NCBI GenBank assembly: GCA_030390025.1 | Contig: CM059433.1 | Location: forward strand, 4,588,001-4,652,000 | Source of the DNA: Squalus acanthias | Taxonomy: Eukaryota | Reading direction: 5' to 3' | Length of the DNA: 64,000 nt | Part shown: positions 13,205 to 24,625 of the stretch, one piece after another | Position numbering within the stretch: the stretch's first letter is position 1 | Layout of the letters: each line of letters begins with the position of its first letter | Made by a program: the position numbers and the translations under genes | Notes under the pieces: generated by a model | Seen by the model: only the letters and a program-made list of their open reading frames with translations | Databases searched by the model: none | Told to the model about the DNA's origin: nothing

Positions 13205-13471
13205 TCTAATAAGATAACGGGATTTCGACCCCCTTATGTTCTCCCTTTACAAAGAAAAAGAAATTTGCCAAGCAATTTGCATAAAGACAGTGACTCTTTA
13301 TCGAAAAGCTGATCCTTGGCGTAGTGCGGCCTAGCCAGAGGTCCTCAAAAGGTTTTCAACTGAATTTTGTGGGGTCAAAAGGAGCACAATGTGTGACCCT
13401 CGGTGACCTCCCCCTTTAACCTACCTGAACTGGCTGGGCTTATTGCTTTCTCGAGACGACACGTACATTTT

Positions 13472-14155
13472 CATAACATAGAAGATAGGAGCAGGAGTCG
13501 GCCATTCAGCCCCTCTAGCCTGCTCCGCCATTTAATGAGATCATGGCTGATCATCCAAATTCAGTACCCTGTCCCTGCCTTCTCCCCATATCCCTTGATC
13601 CCTTTAGCCTTAAGAAATATATCCAACTCCTTCTTGAATATATTTAATGAATTGGCCTCTACTGCCTTCTGTGGTAGAGAATTCCACAGGTTCACCACTC
13701 TCTGGGTGAAGAAATTCCTCCTCATTTCTGTCCTAAATGGCTTACCCCTTATCCTTAGACTGTGACCCCTGGTTCTGGACTCCCCGACCATCGGGAACAT
13801 CCTTCCTGCATCCAGTCTGTCCAGTCCTTTCAGAATTTTATAAGTTTCAATGAGATCCCCTCTCATTCTTCTAAACTCTAGCGAGTATAAGCCCAATCGA
13901 CCCAATCTCTCCTCATACGTCATTCCTGCCATCCCAGGTATCAGCCTGGTGAATCTTCGCTGAACTCCTTCCATGGCAAAAACATCCTTCCTCAGATAAG
14001 GCGACCAAAACTGCACACAATACTCAAGGTGTGGTCTCACCAAGGCCCTGTACAACTGCAGCAAGACATCCTTGTTCCTGTACTCGAACCCTCTCGCTAC
14101 GAAGGCCAACATACCATTTGCCTTCTTAACCGCCTGCTGCACCTGCATGCTTTCC
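13472..14155 (-). mobile_element. CR1 LINE 3' fragment (ORF2 C-terminus open)
   Basis: QVQQAVKKANGMLAF...[24 protein letters not shown]...QRVVNLWNSLP. Confidence 0.95.
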
Positions 14156-14779
14156 AGTTGAGTTTGCCTGACACAGTGGACAGGAATGTGTTGTGCAGGA
14201 TCGCCACCCACTTTGCACACCACTTACATTTCCAGGGCTGGGTATATTAAGATAAAGGACTAAAGTCCTGCGCCCAAGCTCCTGACGCTCATGTGTGCAG
14301 AGTGCTCAGTCATATTTACACTCATGATTAACGGGTGCCCAGGGTTGCTCGGGAATGGGCTGTACACATAACTTCTTCGAAAGGGAATAGTAAGGACATT
14401 TATTCAACAGTTTTAAGGCCAATTCTACGCCTTTTTGGGTTTTTTCTTATGCCACTTAGCTTTTGAAATACAGTTTTTGCAGCTGTATGATGTATTTTTT
14501 TTATACTTAAAATATTACCAGAAAGGACTTCTGAAAGTATTTCCAAGAATTCCCTGTAGAACTCCTGATAACTCCCAATGTTTTTATCTCCACAGTGTGC
14601 ATTCTAACAGTTCAAATATAATTTGGTACAGTAGCATATACCTTTATAATTTTTCATTGTTGGTCATCTGCATTGAGGTATTTTTGCTTAAAAGAGGGGG
14701 CAGGTCAACCTGAACTAAAATCTATGAACTGGGCCAGATTTGGAATGGTGAAATTTAGCTCAGACTGATGGATATGGAT

Positions 14780-15482
14780 TAGTCATCGAGTCCGTGCCGG
14801 CTCTCTGTACAGCAATCCAGTCAGTCCTGTATCCCTCCCCTGTTATCTCTTGCCCAAAACCTTAAATCTGTGTCCCCTAGTTCTTGTATCATCAACTAGT
14901 GGGAACAGCCTTTCGCCGTCTAGCCTATCCAAACCCGTCATAATCTTGTACACCTCTATCAAATCACCCCTCAACCTCCTTTGCTCTAATGAAAACAAAT
15001 CCAGCTCCTCCAACTGTCCTTGTAGCTAAGATCCCCCATCCCCGGAACCATTCTGGTAAATCTCCTCTGCACCCTCTCAAGGGCCTTCACATCCTTCCTA
15101 AAGTGTGGTGACCAGAACTGGACGCAATACTCCAGTTGTGGCCTAACCAACGCTTTATAAAGGTTCAGCATAACTTCTCTACTTTTGTACTCAATACCTC
15201 TATTTCTGAAGCCCAAGATCCCATATGCTTTGCTAACCACTCTCTCAATATGTCCCTGCCACCTTCAGGGACCTATGCACATTAACTCCCAGGTCCCTCT
15301 GTCCCTGCACACTCTTTAAAACTGTGCCATTAAGTGTATATTGCCTCTCCCTGTTCCTTCTGCCGAAATGCATCACCTCACACTTCTCTGTATTAAATTC
15401 CATCTGCCACTTGTCTGCCCATTCTGCTAGCCTTTCTAAGTCCTGCTGCAGTCGATCGGTATTATCCTCACTGTTTGCCACA
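14780..15482 (-). mobile_element. CR1 LINE fragment, frameshifted
   Basis: [50 protein letters not shown]. Confidence 0.93.
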
Positions 15483-15661
15483 CCCAGTTCCTATCCCGAT
15501 GGAAAACCTTACCACCACCAGAATCTACATTTTCTTTAAAAAAAAAACATATTCAAACACACATCACCTCCAACCCCCAGGTTTCCCTTCATTACTTTGG
15601 TGAGGAATTTCAGCTGGTAATAAAAGTAATTTTAAAAAATTTCAAAAAAAGTTGCCTTTAC

Positions 15662-15777
15662 CTTGGAAAAGATTCTCCATAAGGATCGGTGCCAGATAGG
15701 ATAAGTATGCACGGCAGGTCTTCAAGGTCCAAGTAGGTTTGAGGTGCCCAATCAGGGTCCTCGATCTTTTGCCAACC
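15662..15777 (-). CDS. GREB1: GREB1 coding exon, 116 nt, phase 0-2 (not in ORF track)
   Basis: tgaaag|GGT...CAAG|gtaaag; GWQKIEDPDWAPQTYLDLEDLPCILILSGTDPYGESFPR. Confidence 0.95.
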
Positions 15778-16134
15778 CTTTCAAAATAAGAGATACATAC
15801 TAATCAAATGCTGGTACACATCAACTCTGGTTGAGTATAAAACCTGCATTATTAAAGAACTCTTCAGCAGAACCAATGCTCTTAAAACCCATAAATCAAA
15901 GGAAGAGAGTCTGTGATCCTTTTATTTGGTCAGCTGTGCTTAACCACTGCTATTTCACAGCCTGTGTGCGTCTGTTGGTATTGTGCTGGAGGCATCGACG
16001 TCATTGACATCCAATACGTTTACTAATTAGTAGATGAGAAGGGATTAGCCAAGACTCATACCAGGTGAATTAAAAAGTTACCAATTTGTCAAACTACAAG
16101 GATTAATGTGATAGTTATAAATCAGAAGTTTAAA

Positions 16135-16780
16135 GAAAGAAAGACTTGCATTTCTATAGCGCCTTTCACGACCACCGGACGTCTCAAAGCGCTTTACAGC
16201 CAATGAAGTACTTTTGAAGTGGAGTCACTGTTGTAATGTGGGAAACGTGGCAGCCAATCTGCGCACTTAAGTAGGTCATTCAGCCCACTGTATCTGTGCC
16301 AGGTCTTTGCAAGAACAATTCAAACTAACCTCTCTGTCTCATACTCTTTCCCATATCCCTGTATTCTCTGACTCAAACGTTTTATCTATTCTTCCCTTAA
16401 AAGATTCAATGATCTTGGCTTCAACCATTTCATGCTTTAGCAACTTTTTGCATAAAGAAATTTCTCTTAATTCCTCTTCTCGTTATCTTTATGATCATTT
16501 TATATTGATGACTGCTCACCATTCATTTCCAAACCAGATGAATTAGTCTTTTCCTATTCACCTTATCAAAAGCCTTCATAATTTTAGAAACCTCTGTTAA
16601 ATATCCTCTCTGCTCCAGTGGAAATAGTCGGAATATCTTAAGTCTCCTCAAAGCTATAGTTTCTCAATCCTTGTCATCATCCCAGTGAATCTACACTGTG
16701 CCCTCTCAATGGCTTTAATGTCATTTCTATAATGGAGCACCTACACACAGTACCCCAACTGTGTCTAATTATTGCCCTGT
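16135..16780 (-). mobile_element. DeuSINE tail (about 16135-16265) plus an old CR1 3' fragment
   Basis: Antisense aaggcgctatagaaatgcaagtc tail; degenerate CR1 RT-end sequence. Confidence 0.6.
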
Positions 16781-16877
16781 AAGAAATTTATTGTTATAGT
16801 ACGAGTGTGATTAACGCAGACAATATTTAACAACAAGCCAATATTTTCTTTGAACACTAACACGCTTATATGTAACA

Positions 16878-17320
16878 AAGAAAGAACTTGCATTTCTGTA
16901 GCGCTTTTCACAACCTCAGGACGTCCTAAAGCTCTTTATAGCCATTGAAATGCTTTTTGAAGTGTAGTCACTGTTGTAATGAAGGGAAATGCGGCAGCCA
17001 ATTTCTGCACAGCAAGCTCCCACAAACAGCAATGACCAGATAATCTGTTTTAGTAATGTTAGTTGAGGGATAAATATTGGCCAGGACACTGGGAGAACTC
17101 CCCTGCTCTACTTCGAAAAGTGCTGTGGGATCTTTTACGTCCACTGAGAGGGCAGACAAGGCCTTGGTTTAATGTCTCATTCGAAAGATGGCACTTCCGA
17201 CAGTGCAGCACTCCCTTAGTGCTACACTGAAGTGCCAGCCTAGATTATGTGCTCAAGTCTCTGGAGTGGAGCTTGATCTTCTGACTCAGAGGCCAGAGTG
17301 CTACCACTGAGGCATAGCTG
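16878..17320 (-). mobile_element. DeuSINE-type tRNA SINE, near full length
   Basis: Reverse complement of 39416-39888. Confidence 0.9.
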
Positions 17321-17971
17321 TGTTGTCTGTCAAGTAGCATAGAAAATAAAGACATAAACAGGTCTGCCAATAACTTGAAAACAAAAAACGTTTCTTACAT
17401 TTATGGAGAAAATGCCCGATTGAATGTTTGACAGGCTATATTCTTGAGGCAGTTTTAGAAAAGTGATTTGTTTTTAGACATTTTGCCATCTATTTCATTC
17501 TGTTCTAAATTTGCTTTGATACTGTCTACTGTTGATCATTTGAGCTCCTGGACATCACAGAGTTCCATCATTTTTGAGGTTCTGGGTAAGAACGCGTTCA
17601 AACTTGGATTCAATCAAATAAAATGAAGTGAGGAGGAAGAGCATCTAGGATGACATACCTACAGCACGAAGGAACAAGAGAGAGAACAAACGAAGAAAGC
17701 ACAAAGACATTAAAGAAAGACTGGAATTTATACAGTGCCTTTCATAACCTCAGGACGTCCCAAAGTGCTTTACAGCCAATGAGGTGATTCTTGAAGTTTA
17801 ATCACTGTTGTAATGTAGGAAATTACAGTGCTAACAATGTACAGTGCCAGACCAGGTCAAAGCCTTTGGAGATGTCCAAGACAATGGCAAATGAATCACC
17901 AGAGTGTTCAAGAGCAGAGCCCCAGGTGTGCATATCATCGGCAATCAGATCAACAATGGAATGGCAGGCTG

Positions 17972-18080
17972 AAGGAGTTCTGACGAAGGGTCATCGACCT
18001 GAAATGTTAACTCTGTTTTTCTCTCCACAGATGCTGCCTGACCTGCTGAGTATTTCCAGCATTTTCTGTTTTTTATTTTA
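17972..18080 (+). mobile_element. Penelope-like terminal-repeat fragment with a minimal type I hammerhead motif
   Basis: GAGTT-CTGACGA-agggtc atc gacct-GAAA-tGTT-AACTC, followed by tctctccacagatgctgcctgacctgctgagtatttccagc. Confidence 0.7.
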
Positions 18081-18291
18081 TATGCTGAAAACTATATTGG
18101 CAATCATGAATTAGACCAGACCTTTTCAGGTGAGGGCTGATGTGAGTTTACAGGAGCTTTCATGACTTTAGAAACTATTGATGTGAGGGCAATAGGATCT
18201 GAGTTTGTAAGATGAGAAGGATCACCTGACAAGGAAATGATGAACATAAGCAGTTCCCCAAGGAGAACAAAAGGTGGACTGACAGTAAGAT

Positions 18292-18640
18292 AACAACTAC
18301 TACTTGTATTTATATAGCGCCTTCAACATAGTAAAACGGCCCAAGGTGCTTCACAGGAGCGATTATCAAACAAAATTTGACACCGAGCCACATAAGGATA
18401 AATTAGGGCAGGTGACCAAAGCTTGGTCAAAGAGGGAGGTTTTAAGGAGCATCTTAAAGGAGGAAAGAGAGGTAGCGAGGCGGAGAGGTTTAGGGAGGGA
18501 ATTCCAGAGCTTAGGGCCCAGGCAACAGAAGGCACGGCCACCAAAGGTAGAGCGATTATAATCAGGGATGCTCAAGAGGGCAGAATTAGAGGAGCGCAGA
18601 TATCTCGGGGGGTGGGGGGGTGTTGTGGGGCTGAAGGAGA
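18292..18640 (-). mobile_element. L2-clade LINE 3' end
   Basis: STFGGRAFCCLGPKLWNSLPKPLRLATSLSSFKMLLKTSLFDQA; tail aaggcgctatataaatacaag. Confidence 0.9.
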
Positions 18641-18645
18641 TCGAT

Positions 18646-18898
18646 AACAGTAGCATAGTGGTAATGTCACTGGGCTAGTAATCCAGAGGCCTGGACAAAT
18701 GATCCAGAGACGCAAGTTCAAATCCCAGCACGATGGGTTTTTACGACAGTCCGATAGTTTCACGGTTACCATTACTGGCTTTTTATTCCAGATTTATTTA
18801 ATTAACTGAATTTTAAATTCCCCAGCTGGAGTGGGACTTGAACCCACAATCTTCTGACTCCGAGGTGAGAGTGCTACCCACTGAGCCACAGCTGACAC
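18646..18898. mobile_element. Chimeric SINE: sense tRNA head, inverted body, antisense DeuSINE head
   Basis: Compared with the intact copies at 53950-54343 and 39416-39490. Confidence 0.7.
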
Positions 18899-19189
18899 CT
18901 GAAGGAGTACACGTGTATAAGATAGAGACCCAGTCCAGAACACAAGGTACTTCCATTGCTACACTCCCAGATCCTCATACCATGCCAGTAGATATGGACC
19001 AGTGGAAGTCAACTAACAGAAGAATCAGGCAACCAGACCACTTTAGAAAGCAACCGGAAACTAATTAGGTAACTGTGGTAGATCTGAATTCGTAACAGAC
19101 GGATTTGACAAAGGATCAGAAGGAATTACTGTAGAGACAGGAAGATAGCAGATGATGCCTCTTTTCAATAATCACATTAGCAGCTGTAG

Positions 19190-19455
19190 TTATGGATTCA
19201 CAGAAGTTACAAGCAAGAGATAACATCCACTTGGGAGACTACAGACTGATCAGCATGAATTTTCATGAGGGACAGCAGAACAGCAAGCATGAACTGAACC
19301 ACATCTGGCAAATGAGGAAGGATGGGAACGAAAACATCCGCGACAGTTGGATTGACCTTAAGTTACTTCACTGGCACTGGCAGAAGGGTTACAAGAGTAA
19401 AAACAGCAGTTAGACCAAGAAAAGGTGGAAAGAATTCTCAGCGATCATCCCAGCT
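19190..19455 (+). mobile_element. Possible old RTE-like LINE 3' remnant
   Basis: HIWQM...LKLLHW...G...RPRKRWKE resembles RTE C-termini; very degenerate. Confidence 0.3.
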
Positions 19456-19623
19456 GGCGGAGTTATAACGTCAAATAAAACTGATCTCATTTGCAGAATG
19501 TGATGTGTCACAAAGTACACTAAAAGAGGAAAATATGAGAGGATACTCTGCAAGAATCCAGATAATCATCCAAATCTCATTTGACGTGGAATTTAATGAT
19601 TGTAAATATGAACCGGTAGTTAC

Positions 19624-19963
19624 CTTCAGTTGTGTCAGAAAGTGCTGGTCAATATTGATTTTTGTGTTCGGAGTCCCAAGGATGATTTCAAACCTACACT
19701 GCAGGCCCAGACGATACCTAACTTGACACAATCGTTCGTACGCCAGTGCAGCCAGTGAAATGGAGGGAATCCTGAGCAAAACCATATAGCCATGACTGCT
19801 TGGACAGCTTCCCGTAGAATTTATAAGGCTCTGAATTATCTCTAGAGTTTCCACAGAAGAGTAGTTCTTCATCTGTGAGTGCCCTGCCGTTACCATCATG
19901 GCCGCTGAGTAATGCTGGATTAAAATGTACGTCCAGATCACAGCACTGTGCATCTTGGGAAAC
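19624..19963 (-). CDS. GREB1: GREB1 coding exon, 340 nt, phase 2-0
   Basis: tttaag|G...AAG|gtaact; FPKMHSAVIWTYILIQHYSAA...QMKNYSSVETLEI...AYERL...FEIILG...HFLTQLK. Confidence 0.96.
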
Positions 19964-20203
19964 CTTAAACAAAAAAAGAAAAAGGAATTTTTCAAATCAA
20001 CTTTCACAAAGGGATAACCAACAATAAAATTTAAAAGCTACATTCCTCCATAAGTTAATTGACAGAGCTCTTACTGAAGTTACATGTAACCTAAGTGCAC
20101 GCTCATGTAGAATTTCAAAGCCTTCGATTTAATGATTGCACAGAGTTTTTAAGCACTGTTAGACTCCAGCGCTATTATACAGACACTATTTTTACACTGA
20201 TAC

Positions 20204-20428
20204 AATAGCAAAATACTGCGGATGCTGGAAATCTGAAATAACAACAGAAAATGCTGGAAACACTCAGCAGGTCAGGCAGCATCCGAGGAGAGAGAAACAG
20301 AGTCAACGTTTCGGGTCGAGGACCCTTTGCCTTTGGGTTCTGACAAAGTGTCCTCGACCCGAAAAGTTGCCTCTGTTTCCTGCTGCCTGACCTGCTTGAG
20401 TATTTCCAGCACTTTCTGTTACTATTTT
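20204..20428. mobile_element. Penelope-like inverted terminal-repeat pair with degenerate hammerhead cores
   Basis: 20204-20328 is antisense and 20336-20428 is sense to the 17972/32420 motif, forming a large imperfect palindrome. Confidence 0.75.
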
Positions 20429-20811
20429 TATACTGCTTGTTACAACATCATCATGCTGCCTCTCGAGCTATTTCTTGTTTCATTAGTTCTGGAGTCAGAT
20501 GAAACAGGATTGGATTATTGGGAATAAATTTCCAAATTGGTAAAAGGATTTCTGAATCATTTGGAATAAAAGCAGCAGAGTCTGATGATATCTATTCTGA
20601 TGCGTGTAATTGTCAAAATAGCTAGGTCACCTGCATATAAGGGGAAAATCATGGTTGATGGTGAGAGAAAATCAAAGGCAGAGGACACGGAAGGAGCGGA
20701 AAGACGGGGAGGATCAGAGGTGAAAAATAAGAGGAAATAATAGTCAACATTGTTGTGTATTATTTTTCCCAAATAATTAAATCCCTGGGTTCAGATGTTG
20801 CCTTCTTTATC

Positions 20812-21050
20812 AGAGTTCTCCCCGGTGTCCTGGGGTCAATATTTATCCTTCAACCAACATAACAAAAACAGATTATCTGGTCATTATCACGTTGCTGTTT
20901 GTGGGAGCTTGCTGTGCGCAAATTGGTTGCTGCGTTTCCCACATTACAACAGTGACTCCACTTCAAAAGTACTTCATTGGCTGTAAAGCGCTTTGAGACG
21001 TCCGGTGGTCATGAAAGGCGCTGTAGAAATGCAAGTCTTTCTTTTCTTTC
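20812..21050 (+). mobile_element. DeuSINE 3' half
   Basis: Matches about 39655-39888. Confidence 0.85.
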
Positions 21051-21363
21051 TTACTGAGATGGTGCTGTAACAGTTTTAAAATTGAACTCTGGATGTAATT
21101 AATAGTAAAAGGCATCTACTCATTAATTCTAGTAGGCCAGTCAGGAAGGCAAAGCTTCTCCTCACTGAATGTTGAACACCTTGAATAAAGTTTAAACAAA
21201 GATCTAATTAAAAGGTGACAGGTATAACCGGAAAAAAGCACAGGGGGATGCAACTATAATTCCTTGCAATGGTTTGATTTTGTTGAAGGGTCCTGATGGT
21301 AATTCAGACACTGTAGTTTTTAAATAAACATCCAACAGCAGCAGGACGAGGCACACTACAGAG

Positions 21364-21489
21364 CGGTTGGTGCATGAGGTTGGTGCATGAGGTTGGTGCA
21401 TGAGGTTGGTGCATGAGGTTGGTGCATGCGGTCGGTGCATGAGGTTGGTGCATGCGGTTGGTGCATGAGGTTGGTGCATGTGGTTGCAT
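21364..21489. repeat. 13-bp minisatellite (GAGGTTGGTGCAT)n, about 9 units
   Basis: Direct reading. Confidence 0.95.
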
Positions 21490-21798
21490 TGGCAGTTGTA
21501 TTCTTGGCTATTTTAACAATCAAAGTACACAGAAGCTTAGGGCATGGGCTTAAATTGTTACATCTTTTGTGGGCTATTTTAATAGAATACACTTGAATGT
21601 TACTGTTCTATTTTTTTCAAAATAACTTTTTAAACAATTATTTTTGATTACCCTTCCTTCAATTTTGCCTATAATTGGCATCAGATTTCTCATGAATAAT
21701 TTGATGTATCCAATTCTCTGAATGAAATACACTTGTTTTGAATTGTCTCACTCGCCAAATAGCCGAATCGGAGCGCAATGTCCTGTTATAGCCCCCCG

Positions 21799-23347
21799 CC
21801 CAGTGTGACAGCACGGACTGAACACTCCAATCTGAGCACGCTCCCTCTACCCCAGTGTGACAGCACGGACTGAACACTCCAATCTGAGCACGCTCCCTCT
21901 ACCCCAGTGACACCGCACGGACTGAACACTCCAATCTGAGCACGCTCCATCTACCCCAGTGTGACCGCACAGACTGAACACTCCAATCTGAGCACACTCC
22001 ATCTACCCCAGTGTGACCGCACAGACTGAACACTCCAATCTGAGCACGCTCCATCTACCCCAGTGACACCGCACGGACTGAACACTCCAATCTGAGCACG
22101 CTCCATCTACCCCAGTGACACCGCACAGACTGAACACTCCACCCTGAGCACGCTCCATCTACCCCAGTGTGACCGCACAGACTGAACACTCCAATCTGAG
22201 CACGCTCCATCTACCCCAGTGTGACCGCACAGACTGAACACTCCAATCTGAGCACGCTCCATCTACCCCAGTGTGACCGCACAGACTGAACACTCCAATC
22301 TGAGCACGCTCCATCTACCCCAGTGTGACCGCACAGACTGAACACTCCAATCTGAGCACGCTCCATCTACCCCACTGACACCGCACAGACTGAACACTCC
22401 ACCCTGAGCACGCTCCATCTACCCCACTGACACCGCACAGACTGAACACTCCAATCTGAGCACGCTCCATCTACCCCAGTGACACCGCACAGACTGAACA
22501 CTCCAATCTGAGCACGCTCCATCTACCCCAGTGACACCGCACAGACTGAACACTCCAATCTGAGCACGCTCCATCTACCCCAGTGACACCGCACAGACTG
22601 AACACTCCAATCTGAGCACGCTCCATCTACCCCAGTGTGACCGCACAGACTGAACACTCCAATCTGAGCACGCTCCATCTACCCCAGTGTGACCTCACAG
22701 ACTGAACACTCCAATCTGAGCACGCTCCATCTACCCCAGTGTGACCGCACAGACTGAACACTCCAATCTGAGCACGCTCCATCTACCCCAGTGTGACCGC
22801 ACAGACTGAACACTCCAATCTGAGCACGCTCCATCTACCCCAGTGACCCCGCACGGACTGAACACTCCACCCTGAGCATGCTCCATCTACCCCAGTGTGA
22901 CCGCACGGACTGAACACTCCAATCTGAGCACGCTCCATCTACCCCAGTGTGACCGCACGGACTGAACACTCCAATCTGAGCACGCTGCATCTACCCCAGT
23001 GTGACCGCACGGACTGAACACTCCAATCTGAGCACGCTGCATCTACCCCAGTGTGACCGCACGGACCGAACACTCCAATCTGAGCACGCTCCATCTACCC
23101 CAGTGTGACCGCACGGACTGAACACTCCAATCTGAGCACGCTGCATCTACCCCAGTGTGACCGCACAGACTGAACACTCCACCCTGAGCACGCTCCATCT
23201 ACCCCAGTGTGACCGCACAGACTGAACACTCCAATCTGAGCACGCTCCATCTACCCCAGTGTGACCGCACAGGACTGAACACTCCAATCTGAGCACGCTC
23301 CATCTACCCCAGTGTGACCGCACGGACTGAACACTCCAATCTGAGCA
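21799..23347. repeat. 52-bp minisatellite, about 30 units
   Basis: Unit CCCCAGTGTGACCGCACAGACTGAACACTCCAATCTGAGCACGCTCCATCTA at 52-bp spacing. Confidence 0.97.
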
Positions 23348-23624
23348 TTTGCAATGGTGTCCCAAATCATGAATGAACAAAAAAGCAAGAAATGTGTAAC
23401 GCACTGGGTGTGCAAGTGTAACTGGGCTGTTCTCGTGCTGCTTCACTTACCTGAAGTCTCACGATTGCACTGAAGGTCTCACAGACCTGCAGCTCTCTCT
23501 CTCTGGTACCTCTTTTCCCTTATGCCAGGCCCCTAACAAATGAGTGAGATAATCACACAGGGCTGATCTGACTTCTGGTGTTAAAGCTCGTCATGTCGAT
23601 CTTATTTCTGTGTTAATCACCCAC

Positions 23625-23761
23625 CTTTCTTCTACTGCAGTGACCATTGCTTCAAAGGAACTGTCATATCTCAACAATGGAAGCCTGTGCCCAGAGTATG
23701 TGGAATCAATGAAATCTGAAAGCCCGAAGTACTTATTGTTGTCATGGTACAGGTTCACTCC
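23625..23761 (-). CDS. GREB1: GREB1 coding exon, 137 nt, phase 0-2 (not in ORF track)
   Basis: tattag|GGA...AAAG|gtgggt; GVNLYHDNNKYFGLSDFIDSTYSGHRLPLLRYDSSFEAMVTAVEER. Confidence 0.95.
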
Positions 23762-24291
23762 CTAATAAGATGCAAAGAAGAGAACAAAGAACAGCAATAT
23801 CAGTCAAATACAATGTATTCCCCAAAAGATTAAATACAATGATCAACCCGTAGATCTACAATGTAACAATTAGGTTGTTGTGTAAGTTACAAAGAAATGA
23901 GACAAGAGATATTTCCACTGAATTGGATTTTTTAAAGATTTGCACTAACAGTGAAAATGATACAAGAGAGGGCCATCTTTTTACATCAGGCAAAGATCTG
24001 TAGTTATGCCACTTTTAGATCAGTGCCATCAGTCACACGACATGCATTTTGCTTGGCAAAAGAATGGCATCACACAGTGCCAACACTAAAATAGTTCTTC
24101 ATTCTCCATTGAGGGATGGTTAATGAGGAAGCAATTGTTGCGAATGATGCAATTATCAGAGAACCCATTGCCCAATCGAAGGTATTGGTCCAACATCTGT
24201 TTTCAACACATTTCAGGTAGCAATCATTTAGCTGCAAGTGATGAATTTCTGAAAACTGATTTTTCTGTAATTTTTCTTTCCACCTACTTCC

Positions 24292-24625
24292 CTAACCGCC
24301 CGCCTCCCCTCCCCTCACCGCCCGCCTCCCCTCCCCTCACTGCCCGCCTCCCCTCCCCTCACCGCCCACCTCCCTTCCCCTCCCCTCCCGCCTCCCCTCC
24401 CCTCACCGCCCACCTCCCGCCTCCCTTCCCCTCCCCTCACCGCCCACCTCCCACCGCCCGCCTCCCCTCCCCTCACCGCCCGCCTCCCCTCCCCTAACCG
24501 CCCGCCTCCCCTCACCGCCCGCCTCCCCTCCCCTCCCCGCCCGCCTCCCCTCCCCTCCCCTCACCGCCCGCCTCCCCTCCCCTCCCCTCACCGCCCGCCT
24601 CCCCTCACCGCCCACCCGCCTCCCA
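24292..24625. repeat. C-rich degenerate tandem repeat (about 22-bp CCGCCCGCCTCCCCTCCCCTCA)
   Basis: Direct reading; G-rich on the GREB1 sense strand. Confidence 0.95.

Noticed and set aside
21799..23347. CRISPR-like array
   Set aside because: Contiguous tandem units with no unique spacers, no cas genes, and a eukaryotic intron context.
24123..24615. Pro-rich and Gly/Arg-rich ORFs
   Set aside because: Translations of a low-complexity repeat.
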